64,000 bases of DNA, taken from NCBI GenBank assembly GCA_965603825.1, contig CBFDEM010000009.1:124001-188000 (forward strand), written 5' to 3'. Positions 1-12,609 of this stretch are shown here, piece after piece. Source of the stretch: Blepharisma stoltei ATCC 30299. Lineage: Eukaryota > Protista > Ciliophora. Position 1 is the stretch's first letter, and every line of letters begins with the position of its first letter. A program made the position numbers and the translations under genes. The notes beneath the pieces are model-generated. The model did not search any database, was not told the origin of the DNA, and saw only the letters and a program-made list of their open reading frames with translations.

Positions 1-177
1 CCATATCAATCTTAAGAATACAAAAATTCATATAAACTGCTTAAACTATTATTTGATGATAAGAAATTACCACATCCAAATTAAATTTTAATCAGTTTAC
101 TTTAATTATTCTTAATTTTTGATTTTTCTAAAATAAATTTTTTAAAAAAAGGGAACAGAATGTGAAATTTCACAATA

Positions 178-1839
178 TTAACTAAAGTTATGAGGCGGAT
201 TTAAATCGAACTGTGGAGAACTTGTAAGATATTTTAAAGTTTCATCTTTAAATGTAAATAATAAGCTAAACTCATGCGGGGTAATGGCCAAAATCGAAGT
301 TTGTGCAGAAGCTGATATAACAGAATATTTAGCAGGAGTTCTATCTCCTGCAAGCACTCTTTGTCCGAAATAGCTACCTCTAGGCAGCTGAAAATCTTTC
401 ATGCTCATCTTGTATGAAATTTTATTTTTTGATTCACTATATTGTGCTATTTTAGCAGGATAAGTGATCTTGACTCTTCCTTGGTAAACTATAAACATTC
501 CTTTAGGAATGCTGTTAGCTTCAAGCACAGGCTCTTCTAATCCGTATGAGACTTTATTCAAAGTATTGGCCAAAAGTGCTAAATCAATTGAAGGGATATG
601 CTCAAACGGGCCTAAGCCACATAAAAAGGTCAAAATTTTGCTACCAACATCAATATTAGCTCGGACTGACTTCATATAGTCTTCAGCTGTAATTTTAATT
701 AAATGGCATTTTTCCCCTGAAAAGCATGATGCTGTTCTCTTATCATTTGCATTGTTGATATTTCCTCTAACTATTGCATATTCGCCAATAACTTCTCCAT
801 CATATCTTGAATTTACAATATAAGGCATTTCTCCAAGCCTTATTGGTTCTTGCTGCACAGCTATTGATCCTCTTAAAACAACATATAAGCACCTTCCTAC
901 ATCTCCTTCTTTGAAAATCATTTGTCCTTTATTATAAAATTCATAATTAGCTACTCTCAGCATTTGTTTAACAATATCTGCTTTGTATTGAATAAAAAAT
1001 TTTAAATGCCTTGTTAAATCATACATTGTGTCGACATCTCGATCAAAGCCAGGCTTTTGTAATTCTTCTACCAAAAAATCTACGCATTGAAGGCTTAAGG
1101 AGTATGTGTCTGGGATTGGAGAATAAGCATAGTGACGCCTTGGAGAATAAGAAGATTTGACTTGATTTTTGCTAGATTTTTTGTGAGATTGGTTTACTGG
1201 CCTGTCTTTATATAATAATCCAGCTGAAAGAAGAATTTCAGAGGTGCTTTTCCTACTCCCAAGAGATTCCAAAAATTTATAAGTTTCGAGTAAATTGGGC
1301 TCATGCTTATTTTGTGGGCTGGGAATTTTGTCAATGTTGTTACATGATTCTATAGAGTTATATATAAAACTGTTATGAGTATGCCCGGTGTTATTTTTAT
1401 TAGGAGTTTTCATCCCTCTGCTGGCTAATTCCAGTGAAATTTTTCCTGTAGGGGACTGGCTTGATGAATGAACTGCATCATTAATATTTTTTCCTTGATT
1501 TATATTAATATTTCTATGCGATGATGAGTTTCTGGCTTTCGATAAATTCAAGCGTGGCTTGATTTTTGATGATAAAATATCTGGCAAAGATGAGTCCTGG
1601 GTTAAAACTTTGTTCTCTTTTGGTGTGTCTCGGTCTAATTCGGCTATTTTGACAAGCATTTTTTCATTATTCTTTAAGTGATTTGTACTGATGATGTGAT
1701 CTCTGAATCCCAGCTTATTTTTAGGGGATGCCAATAAATTTGAAAATGAGGCTAGGGGACTATAAGACCATTCTCTCTCTTCAATATTTTTAAGTTCATT
1801 TCACGGCTTTATATTGACAGCACTGGAAGTTTTTTTCAT
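178..1839 (-). CDS. Cyclic-nucleotide-binding domain protein (two C-terminal cNMP domains, long low-complexity N-terminus), ~553 aa
   Basis: The ORF extends upstream to ATG 1839 (MKKTSSAVNIKPWNEL...) when TGA=Trp. Domain 1 has IFKEGDVG..LYVVLRGSI and GEYAI...KRTASC; domain 2 has MFIVYQGRV and YFGQRVL. Confidence 0.85.
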
Positions 1840-1912
1840 TTTATTATAATGAATTCTTTCATTTACTTGAATTTAAAATTTTGATCAAGCTGATTTTAAT
1901 ACTTATATTAAA

Positions 1913-4900
1913 TTATTGATGCTTATGCGCTTTAATAAGATTTTTAATATCTTCTAGTGCTCTTAATCTAGAGCTCACAGCTTGCCCTCGATCATCTGTC
2001 AATATAGAACTTTTTGTAACTTTCTGCTGCTTTTCAACTAACTCTTTAATATAGTTTTCAGCTTCAGCAATATAATTTTTATAGCTTTCTCTTTCCTCTT
2101 TAAGCTTTTCCACCTTGCCCACATACTTTTCTTTCAAATCTTCGGACTTTTTTAGCTCTTTCATTATTTCTTGTTCTCTATTTATTAAAACTGCATTCTG
2201 CTCTTTTAGTTTAATTAATTCCTGCTCTATCACATCGATCTGGTTTTCCACAATAGTGAGCTCATTAACCTGCTCATCTCTGCACATATTCAATTCTTGC
2301 ACAGCCGAGTCTCTTTCTCTAATTAACTCCATCATTCTTTCATCTGTCATTTTTGAACCTCTATTTAACTTGTCTTGGAGTTCTTGTCTTTCTTTTTTTA
2401 ATTTTTTTATTTTTTTGGTTAATTTTTTGATTTCGTATGATGAAGCGTTCCCTGAAGAAATTGGTGACTGAGTTTGAAGTCTTTCTATTTTTTGTTCCTG
2501 TCTAGATATCCTTTGTAGTGCTTCTTCATACTTATTGTTTTGGTTATTAATCTCATTTTCTAAAGACTTTTTATTTTCATGCAAGTCTCTATTTTCTTTG
2601 GTTAATTTTTTGTTTTCAATTAGAAGCTCTTTTATTTGACTGTTGAGATCATCTGCTTTTATTCTCAGCTTTAGAATTTCGTCTTGCTCAAATTTAGATG
2701 ACCTCTTCATGTCTTCAATTTCTTTTTCTTTTACATCCACTTCATATTTTTTGTCTTCTAAATCGCATTTAAACGCATAGCTTTCTTGATTTTGTTTTTC
2801 AATTTGATCTCTTAAAGCTTCAATTTCATATTGCAGCATATCATTATTTCTTGATAAATTTCTGACCTGCTCTTGCAAGTTTTCATTATTCCTAAACAAA
2901 TTTTGCAGTTGTTCTTGCAAGTCTTCGTTATTTTTTATCATTTCATTTAATTCTTCAGCTAGCTTGCTATTGTCTTCAATCAGCCTGTTTTTATCAGCTT
3001 CGAATTCTTTTTTAAACCTAATTAATTCCCCAATATCTTCTTGGAGTTCTGAATTCTTTTTAGCTGATTGGTTTAGCATCACTTCAGTTTCGTTGCCAGT
3101 CTTAAGAAATTCTTTGATTTTCATCTCAAGAATTTCATTTCTTCTAGTGACTTCATTTAATTTGTCTTCAAGTTCTTGACTATTTCTTGCAAGCTCAAAA
3201 TTTTCACTTTTTAGCTTGGCTTCATCATAATTTCTCATCTTTCTTGACTCTATTCCTTCATTGATTTCATTTTGCAGAAGCTGAATTGTTTTTTCGAATT
3301 CAAGGATTGTGCGGGAGTTTTGCTGGAGTTTTTCTTGGGCTTCTCTAAGTTCAATATTATTAAAAGAGTTATCGCGTCTATACGGAGAAGTTTCTCTATA
3401 TGTAGGTTGATTTTTATTAATGAATTCTCTTGAAGACAATAAATCAAGTAATTGCCTTTCTTTTTGATCTCTACATAAATCTTACATTGCAGCTTGTAGC
3501 TGGCTTATTTGGATTCTATGGCCATCTCTTTCATGACTCATCTGTTTTTCTAATTCATTTATTTGTGTTTCTAGTAATTCTTCTCTTGAGTTTTTCATTT
3601 GAGATTCTAATAGTCTTCTTGAATTTTCGTCTTTAACTTGTTGGAGTCTTAGAACATACTCTTGAATTCTTGCAGACATTTCTGCAACTTTTGCATATCC
3701 TTCGTTCAGTCTCTGATTTTGCTCAGTGATTATTTTTTCTTGGTCCCTATTAATTTCTTGTAGGTAGTCTATATCTTTGCGGCATCGGGTAATTTGTTCT
3801 TCTCTGTCTCGTAGTTGAAAATTAATTTCTTCAATTTTTTTAAGGTGGTTTTGTGAATCAGTTATCAAAAAATCTTCATTTTCGTTTCGACTTCTTTCAG
3901 TTAAACACTCTCTTCTAGGTGGAGAAGGGAAAAGCTCCTTTTTTGCTATTGGAGATACATTTGCAAGAGATTGAGTTATATCTTTTTCTGATTTTTGTCT
4001 GATTTCTAGCTCCTTACTATTGCTTTTTTTCTTTTTATTTTTATCACCTTTTGGTGGTTTGGCTAGAAATTTGATTTTCATTTCTTCAAGCTCATTTGTA
4101 AGTAGTTGACATTCATGGACATATCTAGACGCAATCAATTTGGTGTCCTTCATCAATTCATCATGAATTTGGTGTATTATGCCCTGCTTTTCATTTATCC
4201 ATTCAAGTGTGCAATCTTTTTGGCCATTTTGAATTTTTTTGACATCGTCTCTGATTCGATTAACTTCTAATATATAAGGATTATTAGTATCCTCCGCTTC
4301 CGTTTTGATTCTCAAGGCAAATTTTAAAGCAGCTGAAGTATGTTTAGCTAATGATGGAGCTGAAGTAACACAAATGCAAAAAATCACATTGCTTTCCATA
4401 TGAGCTTTTAGGCATCCAGTAAGTTTGCACTCTTTTCAGATCCCTTCATGCCTTGTCAAGACTTTAGAAACAATATTAAATGTCCTGGCTATGCTTTTCT
4501 TTTCTTCCAAAGACGTTGAGTTTGCGTTAATAACATTTTGATCGCTTGATGCGTTTTCAGATCCTGCTAAATCAGCAAATGCAATTTCAGAGACTTCATT
4601 CGAATTTTCATAAATTTTTAAAAATACAACAAAATGTGATCTTGTTTTCAGTTTTGAATCAGCTTTTACTAAGCCTTTCCTCATCTGTAAAGCATGCCTT
4701 AAGTGTGTAAACAAGTCATTAATCCTATTTATTTTGTGCTCCGTCAAGCCATCAATCTTTGGACTCTCCTCTCCTGAAATTTCTAGTCCTCTACTCCCAC
4801 AAATCATTAAGTCACTTATGATATCTTGATAAATTTGAATAACACTCATTTTTAATTCAAAATTTCTCCCATGGCTTCTTTCTTTTTCTATTCAGTTAAG

Positions 4901-5221
4901 CAATTTTTCTGCACTTCTTGATAAAATTCCTCGATTTTTACCTTCGCCTCCTCGAAGAGTGTAACTCTTTCCAGACCTGAATACGTTTTACTGTGTAGTG
5001 CCAAATGCTAGAAAGCAGCCATTTAATCCTTGGGTAGCGCCTTTGACTAAATAATCGACTTCTTTTGTGTAGATTTCTGATTGTTTTGAGGACTCTGGGT
5101 AAACAGCATCGAAATTAAAAGATTGATCTTTTATGGTGATAGTGCTTGAACGAGATCTAATCTGAGAGTCAGCTGAAAGAGGTGGAGATATCCTGCATAT
5201 TACTCTTAAAGATTTAGCCAT
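1913..5221 (-). CDS. Divergent kinesin: N-terminal motor plus long coiled-coil tail, ~1092 aa, two 15-nt introns (4977-4991, 3471-3485), two TGA-Trp codons
   Basis: Four ORF-track pieces join in frame. Removing intron 4977-4991 restores the P-loop GTTQSGKSYT. Other motifs: LRVICRI, FNFDAVY, KTRSH, FADLAGSE, WKECKLT, LKFA. Heptad-rich tail. Confidence 0.88.
3471..3485 (-). other. 15-nt spliceosomal intron GTAAGATTTATGTAG
   Basis: Removal deletes a TAA and joins two coiled-coil ORFs in frame. Confidence 0.88.
4977..4991 (-). other. 15-nt spliceosomal intron GTAAAACGTATTCAG
   Basis: Removal restores the kinesin P-loop. Confidence 0.93.
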
Positions 5222-5351
5222 TTTAAATTATTTATGTTTGAGATGATCAGGTCTATTTAAAATAAGCAATAATTATGATCTTCTTATGGCAAATAAAATT
5301 ATTGAAACAACTCTAATTAATTTTATTCAATTTAAACAAAAATTTTGTAAG

Positions 5352-6155
5352 ATGGACACCTATACCCCAAATTTAACTGGAACAGTTAAAATCACAGCTG
5401 ACAACAGAGATAGAAGAGAGGAGTTCAAAGATCAAATGAACGAGCTAGGAAATGACTATGAAGACATGCTCCGAGCTCGAGAAGAAACTAAAAAGCAGCT
5501 AGAAGCCAAATTCCAAGATGTCTATCGCAAAATTCAATCAACTCGTGACTATGTCAACGCAGAAGAAAAACGCGCAAACGACATGCTCAAAGCTTTTAAA
5601 TCAAAATTTGAATTCCAATTAAAGGAGCTAAGAGACTTCACCAACTCAAAACTAGACGAAGAAAGAGCTTTGAGAAAAGAAATGGAAACTCGAAACAGAG
5701 ACAGATTAAATAAAATCCAAGAAACGATTAACAATGAAAAAGAAGAACGAAAAAATTATTTGGAAAACTTGATTAACCCAGTTAGAGAGCAATATGATAG
5801 CTTACTAATGTTCTACGAAAGAGAAAAAACTGAAAGAATTGAAGGAGAAAAGCAGATTCTAGAAAAGCTTGACGATTTAATATTCAAAATGACTTGCAGA
5901 CTTGATGACGAAGTCACTGATAAACTGATGGAGCTTGGAAAGATTAGAGATCAAACACGAAAAGAAATGAGGACACAAGACAAAAATTTGGAAAAAAATC
6001 AGCAGCTTGCTTTTGATTTTATGAAGGATATGAGATCTGGAATTGAAGCTGAAGTGACGTCTAGGCTTTCTCACCAAGATGAGATTGGAGACAACATCAG
6101 TAATTTTGTCAAAACTTTCCAAGATACCTTGAAAGTCTTATCTTTGGAGTCTTAA
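5352..6155 (+). CDS. SF-assemblin/beta-giardin family striated-fibre coiled-coil protein
   Basis: ~267 aa segmented coiled coil with E-R-x-E-R repeats and C-terminus SRLSHQDEIGDNISNFVKTFQDTLKVL resembling SF-assemblins. ATG 5352 preferred over the upstream AT-rich in-frame ATG. Confidence 0.7.
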   Translation: MDTYTPNLTGTVKITADNRDRREEFKDQMNELGNDYEDMLRAREETKKQLEAKFQDVYRKIQSTRDYVNAEEKRANDMLKAFKSKFEFQLKELRDFTNSKLDEERALRKEMETRNRDRLNKIQETINNEKEERKNYLENLINPVREQYDSLLMFYEREKTERIEGEKQILEKLDDLIFKMTCRLDDEVTDKLMELGKIRDQTRKEMRTQDKNLEKNQQLAFDFMKDMRSGIEAEVTSRLSHQDEIGDNISNFVKTFQDTLKVLSLES

Positions 6156-6296
6156 ACTTTATTTGCTCATTAAGCTTACTAATTGGATATTTTTATAAAG
6201 ATGTTTTGAATTCAAAGTTTGATTTAGGTTATATGCATATTTTAATTGTGGTTTCCTTAATAATGTATTTATAATAGAAAGCAATGATTCAGGATT

Positions 6297-7343
6297 TTAA
6301 GCGATCCATCTTATTCTTTTCCCATCTTTTCACTCTCCTTTTTTAGTTTTTTTGCCAAGAGCTCGAATTTCGCCTATGCCGTGCTGTTTGCCGTTTTTTC
6401 AGGTTCCTTCATAAACTTTATTATTAGGTCAAGTAAATACACCTTTGCCTTCTTTTTTGTCATTTACATATTCTCCTTCATACTTTCTTCCATCAGGTCA
6501 TAAGAATATTCCAGTCCCAGACATCATATTATTTAGCCATCGTCCTTCATAAGATCTATCATCAGCTCAATTATATTTCCCATACCCAGTAATTTGGTTG
6601 TCAAGAAAATCTCCATCAAACATAGACCCATCTGCTCAAATGAACTTTCCTTTTCCATTCTTTTTCCCATTCACAAAATTTCCTGAAAATCTAGCTCCAT
6701 CTGGCCAGTTTTCGACCCCAAATCCATTTTGTTTCCCATTTTTCCACTCTCCTTCATAACTGCATTGTGTTTCTATCGTAAACAGTTTCCCGAGCCCTTG
6801 AATTGTATCCTCAAAAACGTCTCCAACATAATAGTCTCCATTTGCAAATACCTGCAAGCAATGTCCATGCATTTTCCCATCTTTTCAAATTCCTTTACTA
6901 TAGCTTCCATCAGATAGATATCTTTCTCCTCTCCCACAAGGAGTTCCAGATTTATTTCATTCACCAACATAGATGCTGTGGTCTTGAAGTTTAACTGGCC
7001 CTCTATTTATAACTCCAATTGCTTTATCCTTATATGTGAAATTGACGAGGTTTTTCAGAGTTTCTGCAGCGCTTTGTGAGATTATTTTAGGGACTTCGTT
7101 TAATTCTTCGAAATTGAATTTAATTTCAAGTTCTTCTTCGGCTTCTTTGGAAGCCTTTTTTTGGAATAATGATCGAGATAGGTAGCCTCTAAATGCTGCT
7201 TGAGATTGAAGCAGAAAAGGATTTGAGTAGAGTTTTTCATTTAAATAAGGATTGGATAATTCTTGTTTTTGGGCAACGATGGCATTGTCAATTTCAATTG
7301 AACCTATTTCGTTTTGCTTCTGATTGCAATGACATGCACCCAT
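6297..7343 (-). CDS. MORN-repeat protein with IQ-like motif and N-terminal acylation signal (MGACHC), 348 aa
   Basis: One continuous frame when TGA=Trp. Repeated YxGEWxNGxxxGxG units, LQSQAAFRGYLSR motif, ends GEWKDGKRIRWIA*. Confidence 0.9.
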
Positions 7344-8053
7344 ATTTAAACAAAATAGGGATATTAGGCATAGCAGTACTATTTGGAGAATAGTGATTTA
7401 TTGCTCTGAAAAAAATGATAATACTTATTTGCTATTCAATTCATTTTATTTCTGATACACTCTTAATCAAATAGCACAGCATTGATCACAGATCAAAAAT
7501 CATTTTTTCTCTTATTATGCTTGGTTTGACTATTTTATTATCACTTCTTAATATGCGAGCATATATTTTTGTGAAAAGAGTATGTCAGGATTTATAATTT
7601 AGAAATGATTAATAATCTACTTTTTTATTAAATGCAATTATTAATAATTATTAAATTCAAATAAAATCAACAATCAAAAATCCTTATTAAAAAACGTTTT
7701 CAACATTTTTTTAGCTTTCAGGAAGATGAGCTTTTTTATAAGTCTCAAATTTTTCTTTGCTCATATATATCTGGTTTTTGTAATACTTAAGATCCCATAT
7801 TAGCTCTTCTCAATTTATTCCTCAAATAGCTGTTTTAAGCATGCTTTTCAATTATTTGCTATTAGATATATTTTTATTTGTTTGCTAATGGTAGCATGCT
7901 TTATAAGATAATGTCTCTATCAATTTTTAATTTTTAAAAACTCATCCAATATGAATTCATTCTATAATAATTATCATGCCATCAGAAAGTTAGTTAAATA
8001 CTTATTTGTTCATACTTCTTAAATAGAAGAATATTAATCTATCAACTAAGCAT

Positions 8054-8356
8054 TTATCTTCTTTGGAGTGGGATCGATGGACCATTCGGTCTAGACTGCT
8101 GATAGAATACTGGGCCATTGTTTTGATGTGCTGGCATCCTTATAGGAATTGTTCGTGCTGACGATCCAGGATTGTTAAGTGGAATCGTTTTAGTTCCTTG
8201 TGAGGACTGTTGTTTTTTCATTTCAAGTTCTGGCTCATAGCTATAATACCCAGAGTACTCTATTATTGTCTGCGCTGCTTGTTCGAAATTTTTCTGAATA
8301 TTAATTAGATCATACAAATATTGTTCCAACAGATCCTGTTGCTGGTCCCTTTCCAT
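8054..8356 (-). CDS. Hypothetical protein, 100 aa, Pro/Gln-rich C-terminus
   Basis: ATG after an AT-rich leader, TAA stop, coding-like composition between AT-rich flanks. Confidence 0.6.
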   Translation of the reverse strand: MERDQQQDLLEQYLYDLINIQKNFEQAAQTIIEYSGYYSYEPELEMKKQQSSQGTKTIPLNNPGSSARTIPIRMPAHQNNGPVFYQQSRPNGPSIPLQRR

Positions 8357-8407
8357 TCTATAATTAATTATCAGGCCCTATTTTCTATTTGATTTTATTT
8401 AAAATTA

Positions 8408-9277
8408 TTATTGCTGCTTGCACTCTGGCTTATCAGCTCCAGAAGCGTCAATTTTTGCTGCATGTGCATGCCCTTCTTCATCATCACTTTTGTCTTCTTC
8501 ATGCCTCACATTGAGGTAAAACAAAGCAGCGTTTGGTATGATTTCATCTCTTATTTCCATCCCCAGTTCATAGTCTTCTCCAAGAGGATCGTTCATGAAT
8601 CCTTCTTCGTCGCTTTCTTCCTCATCAATTTCTTCATCTCCGTCATGAGACTTGAAAAACATGAAAAAGCTTGGGTTGTCTACGACTTTGGTGACGTTGT
8701 TAACTTTGCCTTTTTTCCCTTTTTTCTTGGTTTTTTTGATTTTTTGTGTAAGGTTTTTGTCGTTTTTCCAGTGGATTTCAGTCCCAACTGTTTTTATTGG
8801 CTCATCACCATTGACAGTGAAATCTTTTGTGAGGATTGTGTTTTCCATGAACTCGTTTGGAGTGAACTCAAATTCGAGCTTGAAGTTCTCTGATTTGTGG
8901 TCTTCAAAACAGCGAATATCGACTAAATGCTGGAGAAGAGGATCGTCTTGTTCATATAAGAAGGTCGATGTCATTGGGTTAGACCGTAAAGCTTTCAGCC
9001 AGAACCCTGCAATTTGTTTGGTGTGCTGGGATCTTTGGACGTAGAGAGGCGCATAAAGGGAGTCGTATTTGTTTTCTAAAGCACGCAACTCGTCGAGATA
9101 TGCAAGGTAAAGAGAATCTCTTTGTTTTTGCAAATCTAAGACTGGCTGGAGCCTTTGTTTTTCTTCTTCAGGAAGAGCTGATATGGCTTCTTGAGCTTTG
9201 CGTTCTTGTTCGTGGATTTCTGTGGCGTAATCCTCTTCTTTCGCTTCCTCGGTGGCTGCGGTGGTCTGAGGATCCAT
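8408..9277 (-). CDS. NAP1: Nucleosome assembly protein (NAP1 family) with C-terminal CKQQ
   Basis: LENKYDSLYAPLY, GFWLKAL, FKLEFEFTPNEF, GTEIHWK, SFFMFF, EIIPNAALFY, acidic tail. Confidence 0.93.
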   Translation of the reverse strand: MDPQTTAATEEAKEEDYATEIHEQERKAQEAISALPEEEKQRLQPVLDLQKQRDSLYLAYLDELRALENKYDSLYAPLYVQRSQHTKQIAGFWLKALRSNPMTSTFLYEQDDPLLQHLVDIRCFEDHKSENFKLEFEFTPNEFMENTILTKDFTVNGDEPIKTVGTEIHWKNDKNLTQKIKKTKKKGKKGKVNNVTKVVDNPSFFMFFKSHDGDEEIDEEESDEEGFMNDPLGEDYELGMEIRDEIIPNAALFYLNVRHEEDKSDDEEGHAHAAKIDASGADKPECKQQ

Positions 9278-9566
9278 AGATTTATTAACAAATATGGCAT
9301 AGAAAAATGCATAAGTTCATTATTGACATTAATCGTAGTTAAGATTAAAACAGAAATTTATTTTTATGGAAGGCCCCAAAATAATTACAAAAATGATTTT
9401 TTAAAAAGAATTTAATTTATTCTTTAGCCTAGGATTGGGCAGAAAATTTATTAATTGCAAATACTGGGAGAACACACAATTATTTGCTAAATTTACTTTT
9501 TCTTTATTTATCCATTTAAATTTTGATTGCAAGTTAGCTATTGTTTTTTCAGCCAATAATAAGAAA

Positions 9567-10250
9567 ATGCTATTTCGAATGCTTTTAGCTGAAGCAATTG
9601 GGACATTTGTCCTAACATTCACAGTAGGTGTGAGTACAAGTGAGCCTTTTACAGTCGGCGGTGCTCTTTGGGCAGCAATGGTTGCAACTGCATTTGTATC
9701 AGGTGCTCATTTTAATCCAGCTATCACCCTTTCAATCATCACAAGAAAATACATCAACAATACTCTCAGCCAGCCAGAATTGGTAAAATTCCTCCTCTAC
9801 ATGGTTGTTCAATATTTCTCTGCTTTTATCGCGTCTCTATGCGCTTGGGGTATAGTTCGATATCCTGTCTACTTTGATATTTCTTCAGATTATGATGGAT
9901 CTCAAGGTTTCTTTGCTGAATTAATTTACACTACAATTCTTTGTGCGAATGTCTTGATGATTGGCTCGGTAAACGATGCAATTGTTGTATCTGGAGGTAT
10001 CATTGCCCTTACATTGACTACTGGAAATTGGGCAATTGGAAGAATCACTGGCGGCTGTTTTAATCCTGCTGTTGGGCTTGGAATTAATTTGGCTTATTTA
10101 TTACAGCATGATGATCATTTCGGGATCACTTGGCTTTATATTATCGCACCTTACTTAGGTGGCATTGTAGGAGGAGTTTTTGCATCGATATTTTTGAATG
10201 AAGTTGCCGTTCAGCAAAAGAGTGTGATTGATAAGAGTCAAATAGAATAA
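9567..10250 (+). CDS. Aquaporin / MIP family channel, 227 aa
   Basis: AEAIGTF, SGAHFNPAIT and GGCFNPAVG (two NPA boxes), WLYIIAPYLGG, six hydrophobic helices. Confidence 0.93.
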   Translation: MLFRMLLAEAIGTFVLTFTVGVSTSEPFTVGGALWAAMVATAFVSGAHFNPAITLSIITRKYINNTLSQPELVKFLLYMVVQYFSAFIASLCAWGIVRYPVYFDISSDYDGSQGFFAELIYTTILCANVLMIGSVNDAIVVSGGIIALTLTTGNWAIGRITGGCFNPAVGLGINLAYLLQHDDHFGITWLYIIAPYLGGIVGGVFASIFLNEVAVQQKSVIDKSQIE

Positions 10251-10508
10251 TCTTAAAAAATAATTAGAAACTAGAAAATAGTTAAGATTTAGTAATAAAA
10301 TAAGCCATTTTAGGTTAATGTAAAAGTGTGAACCATGTTTAATATTCGATTTATAATTTACATATTGATGATGAGATCAAGAAGAACGATACGATTTTCA
10401 TGAGCATTTTGCACGATCTGATATATTTTATACATATATAATATATAAGACAAAGGAGATAGCTAGAGATTATATTAAATTTACCAAAAATTTATTATAT
10501 TCAGACTA

Positions 10509-11384
10509 CTAAAAAACAAACTCATGCTAAGTATATCTTACTTGCAAAATCGCTGATAAGAGTTCGTCATAATTTCTTGATTTTTTCTATATAATTTTTA
10601 CAAAATTCTCATCAATCCTATCAATTGCAGCCAGGAATCCTGCTTCAATTATTTTATTTATACAAAACTGGCTTTGCTTATTCTGTGAGTCCTGCTTATA
10701 TTTTACCAATATCAAATACAAAATATTAATCAATGTTTCCATAACTTTTTCTTCTGTATTTGCAATCGCCAAAATTTTGACCAATTCTTCTTCCCCTTTC
10801 AATTTAAAAAATATTCTCTGTGCTTTTTCCCTGCATTTATAGATCATTCCACAAGTCCTCATCGCAGGCTCTCTCAATTCTTTTATTCCTAGCAATGGAA
10901 TGAGTAGTTCAAAGATTTTTTGGTTAAGTAAATCATGGATAACTCCTTCTGAAAAAAATCCTACACACCGGCTTAGGAGCAACAAAGAATTTTCTTGTAG
11001 CGCTTCTTCGGTCCCAAGTTTTAAATTTTGTATTAAAATTTCTAGAATGCCTCGGATATAAAAGTGGATTTTATTGCATTCAAACTTTGATGCTTCTGCA
11101 AGATATGCAATTGAAAGGCCACCGATTGTAGAAGGAACTGTTTGATTGTGTTTTAGTTTAACTGCGTCAATGTCTGTGGGCTCTTTACTGTATATCATTT
11201 TGATTAAGTCTCGTCATTTTCTTTTCTTGTAAAGTTGGGTGACCCGAAATGTCAAAAATGATTGCTCCTTGAGAGGTGGATCATCAATAGAGTTTTCTTG
11301 TACAATTGATTGTAAAGGAGTTAACCTTGGAGGGAAGTCTGAGTTCTAATTAGAAGTTACTGCTCTGCTTTCACAGCAGCCCAT
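10509..11384 (-). CDS. Helical (ARM-like) protein with N-terminal MGCC acylation motif; four predicted 15-nt introns (11346-11360, 10692-10706, 10587-10601, 10527-10541)
   Basis: MGCCESRA joins the 10587-11198 ORF via an intron and one TGA. The 3' exon structure is inferred from intron consensus only, so the end coordinate is less certain. Confidence 0.6.
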
Positions 11385-11709
11385 ATTTAATTAATTAAAT
11401 ATTTAAATATCTTCTTTATTAATAAGATAACAACACTGATTATGCTATTATTCGAAATAAACTTTTTAAAGCTGAATTTAATTAAATCTTCATTTAAAAG
11501 CAATTTAAATTATTTATTAGTTTCACTTTGAATTTTAAAATAATAGATTTATCTTAAGTGCTTAATTATTGAAAAACACCAGTTTGGTGCATATTACGGC
11601 TGACTTGATAATGGCATTTATACATCTTATTCTACATAGCTTTAAGAAAACTATTATTAAATTCTTGGACAATAAATGAGATTCAAATCAAAATAAGGCT
11701 AAATTCAAT

Positions 11710-12174
11710 CTATTTTCCAGGCTGATTGCACGAACTATTAATTGGAGGTAATTTGATAAATTCTTGTTGGTCATTGCTGCTAATCTCTGCCTTCGTTATC
11801 ATGCTCTTTTCCTTGTTCATATCCTCTTTCAGCAATAAATACGTCAACTAAGTGGCTATTACTTTCAAATAATTTTTTTCTTTTCTTTTATTACAGTAAG
11901 TCTTTATCGCTGAATGAATTCTTTTATGGGCAGAAAGCTGACTTCCTTGTCGGAATGCAAGGCCGCATCCTTTTTCCCTGCAAATATAAGGCTTCTCTCC
12001 AGTATGGATGTAGACATGCTCTCTCAAGTTTTGCTTTGAAGAAAGAATTTTGTTGCAAAATGAACATTTATAATTTATCAGAATTTCAGAAGGCTCTCCA
12101 GATCTGGTGCCTTCTTCCAGGATTTTGCACATTTCTGTTGTGTCAGAAAAAGAATAAGTTTGATGGTCATCCAT
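11710..12174 (-). CDS. C2H2 zinc-finger protein (two fingers, TGEKP linker), 149 aa, intron 11848-11862
   Basis: CSFC...HVYIHTGEKPYICREKGC...HKRIH. The apparent stop lies inside GTAATAGCCACTTAG; the spliced frame continues LTYLL...KLPPINSSCNQPGK*. Confidence 0.85.
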
Positions 12175-12609
12175 ATTATTGATCTAATTGATAAAAATGT
12201 CATCATTTAATATAATCCATTGATAATAAATAAATGTATTATGAAAATCTGGCAAACTATTAATATGAACATTTTTTTAAATAAGGAGAAGTAGACTTTT
12301 AATCTTCATGATAAAAATAGGCTTTGGGTGTATCAGCAATTTGTGATAATTCATTCAATTATTTGATGGGATCAGATAATTAAAATTTCACAGAATAAGA
12401 ATAATATGATGGGTGCTGGGAAAATGATGGGCATGAATAAGCACAAAATTTTTTTAGGCTAAATTAAAATTTAGATTAATTTATATTTTATTATTTGGAA
12501 TAGAGCTCGCAATTGAAAAAATTGTATTATAAATATTTTTTAATATATATTTTTACAATAATAATTTATTAAGAAAAACATTAATAAATGAGATCTTTAA
12601 GATATTAAT

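Noticed and set aside
2115-3636. Plus-strand ORFs 2115-2471, 2964-3179, 3430-3636
   Set aside because: Antisense shadows of the Glu/Lys-rich kinesin coiled coil (Ser/Phe/Leu-rich, non-ATG starts).
8411-9415. Plus-strand ORFs overlapping NAP1
   Set aside because: Antisense shadows of a well-supported gene.
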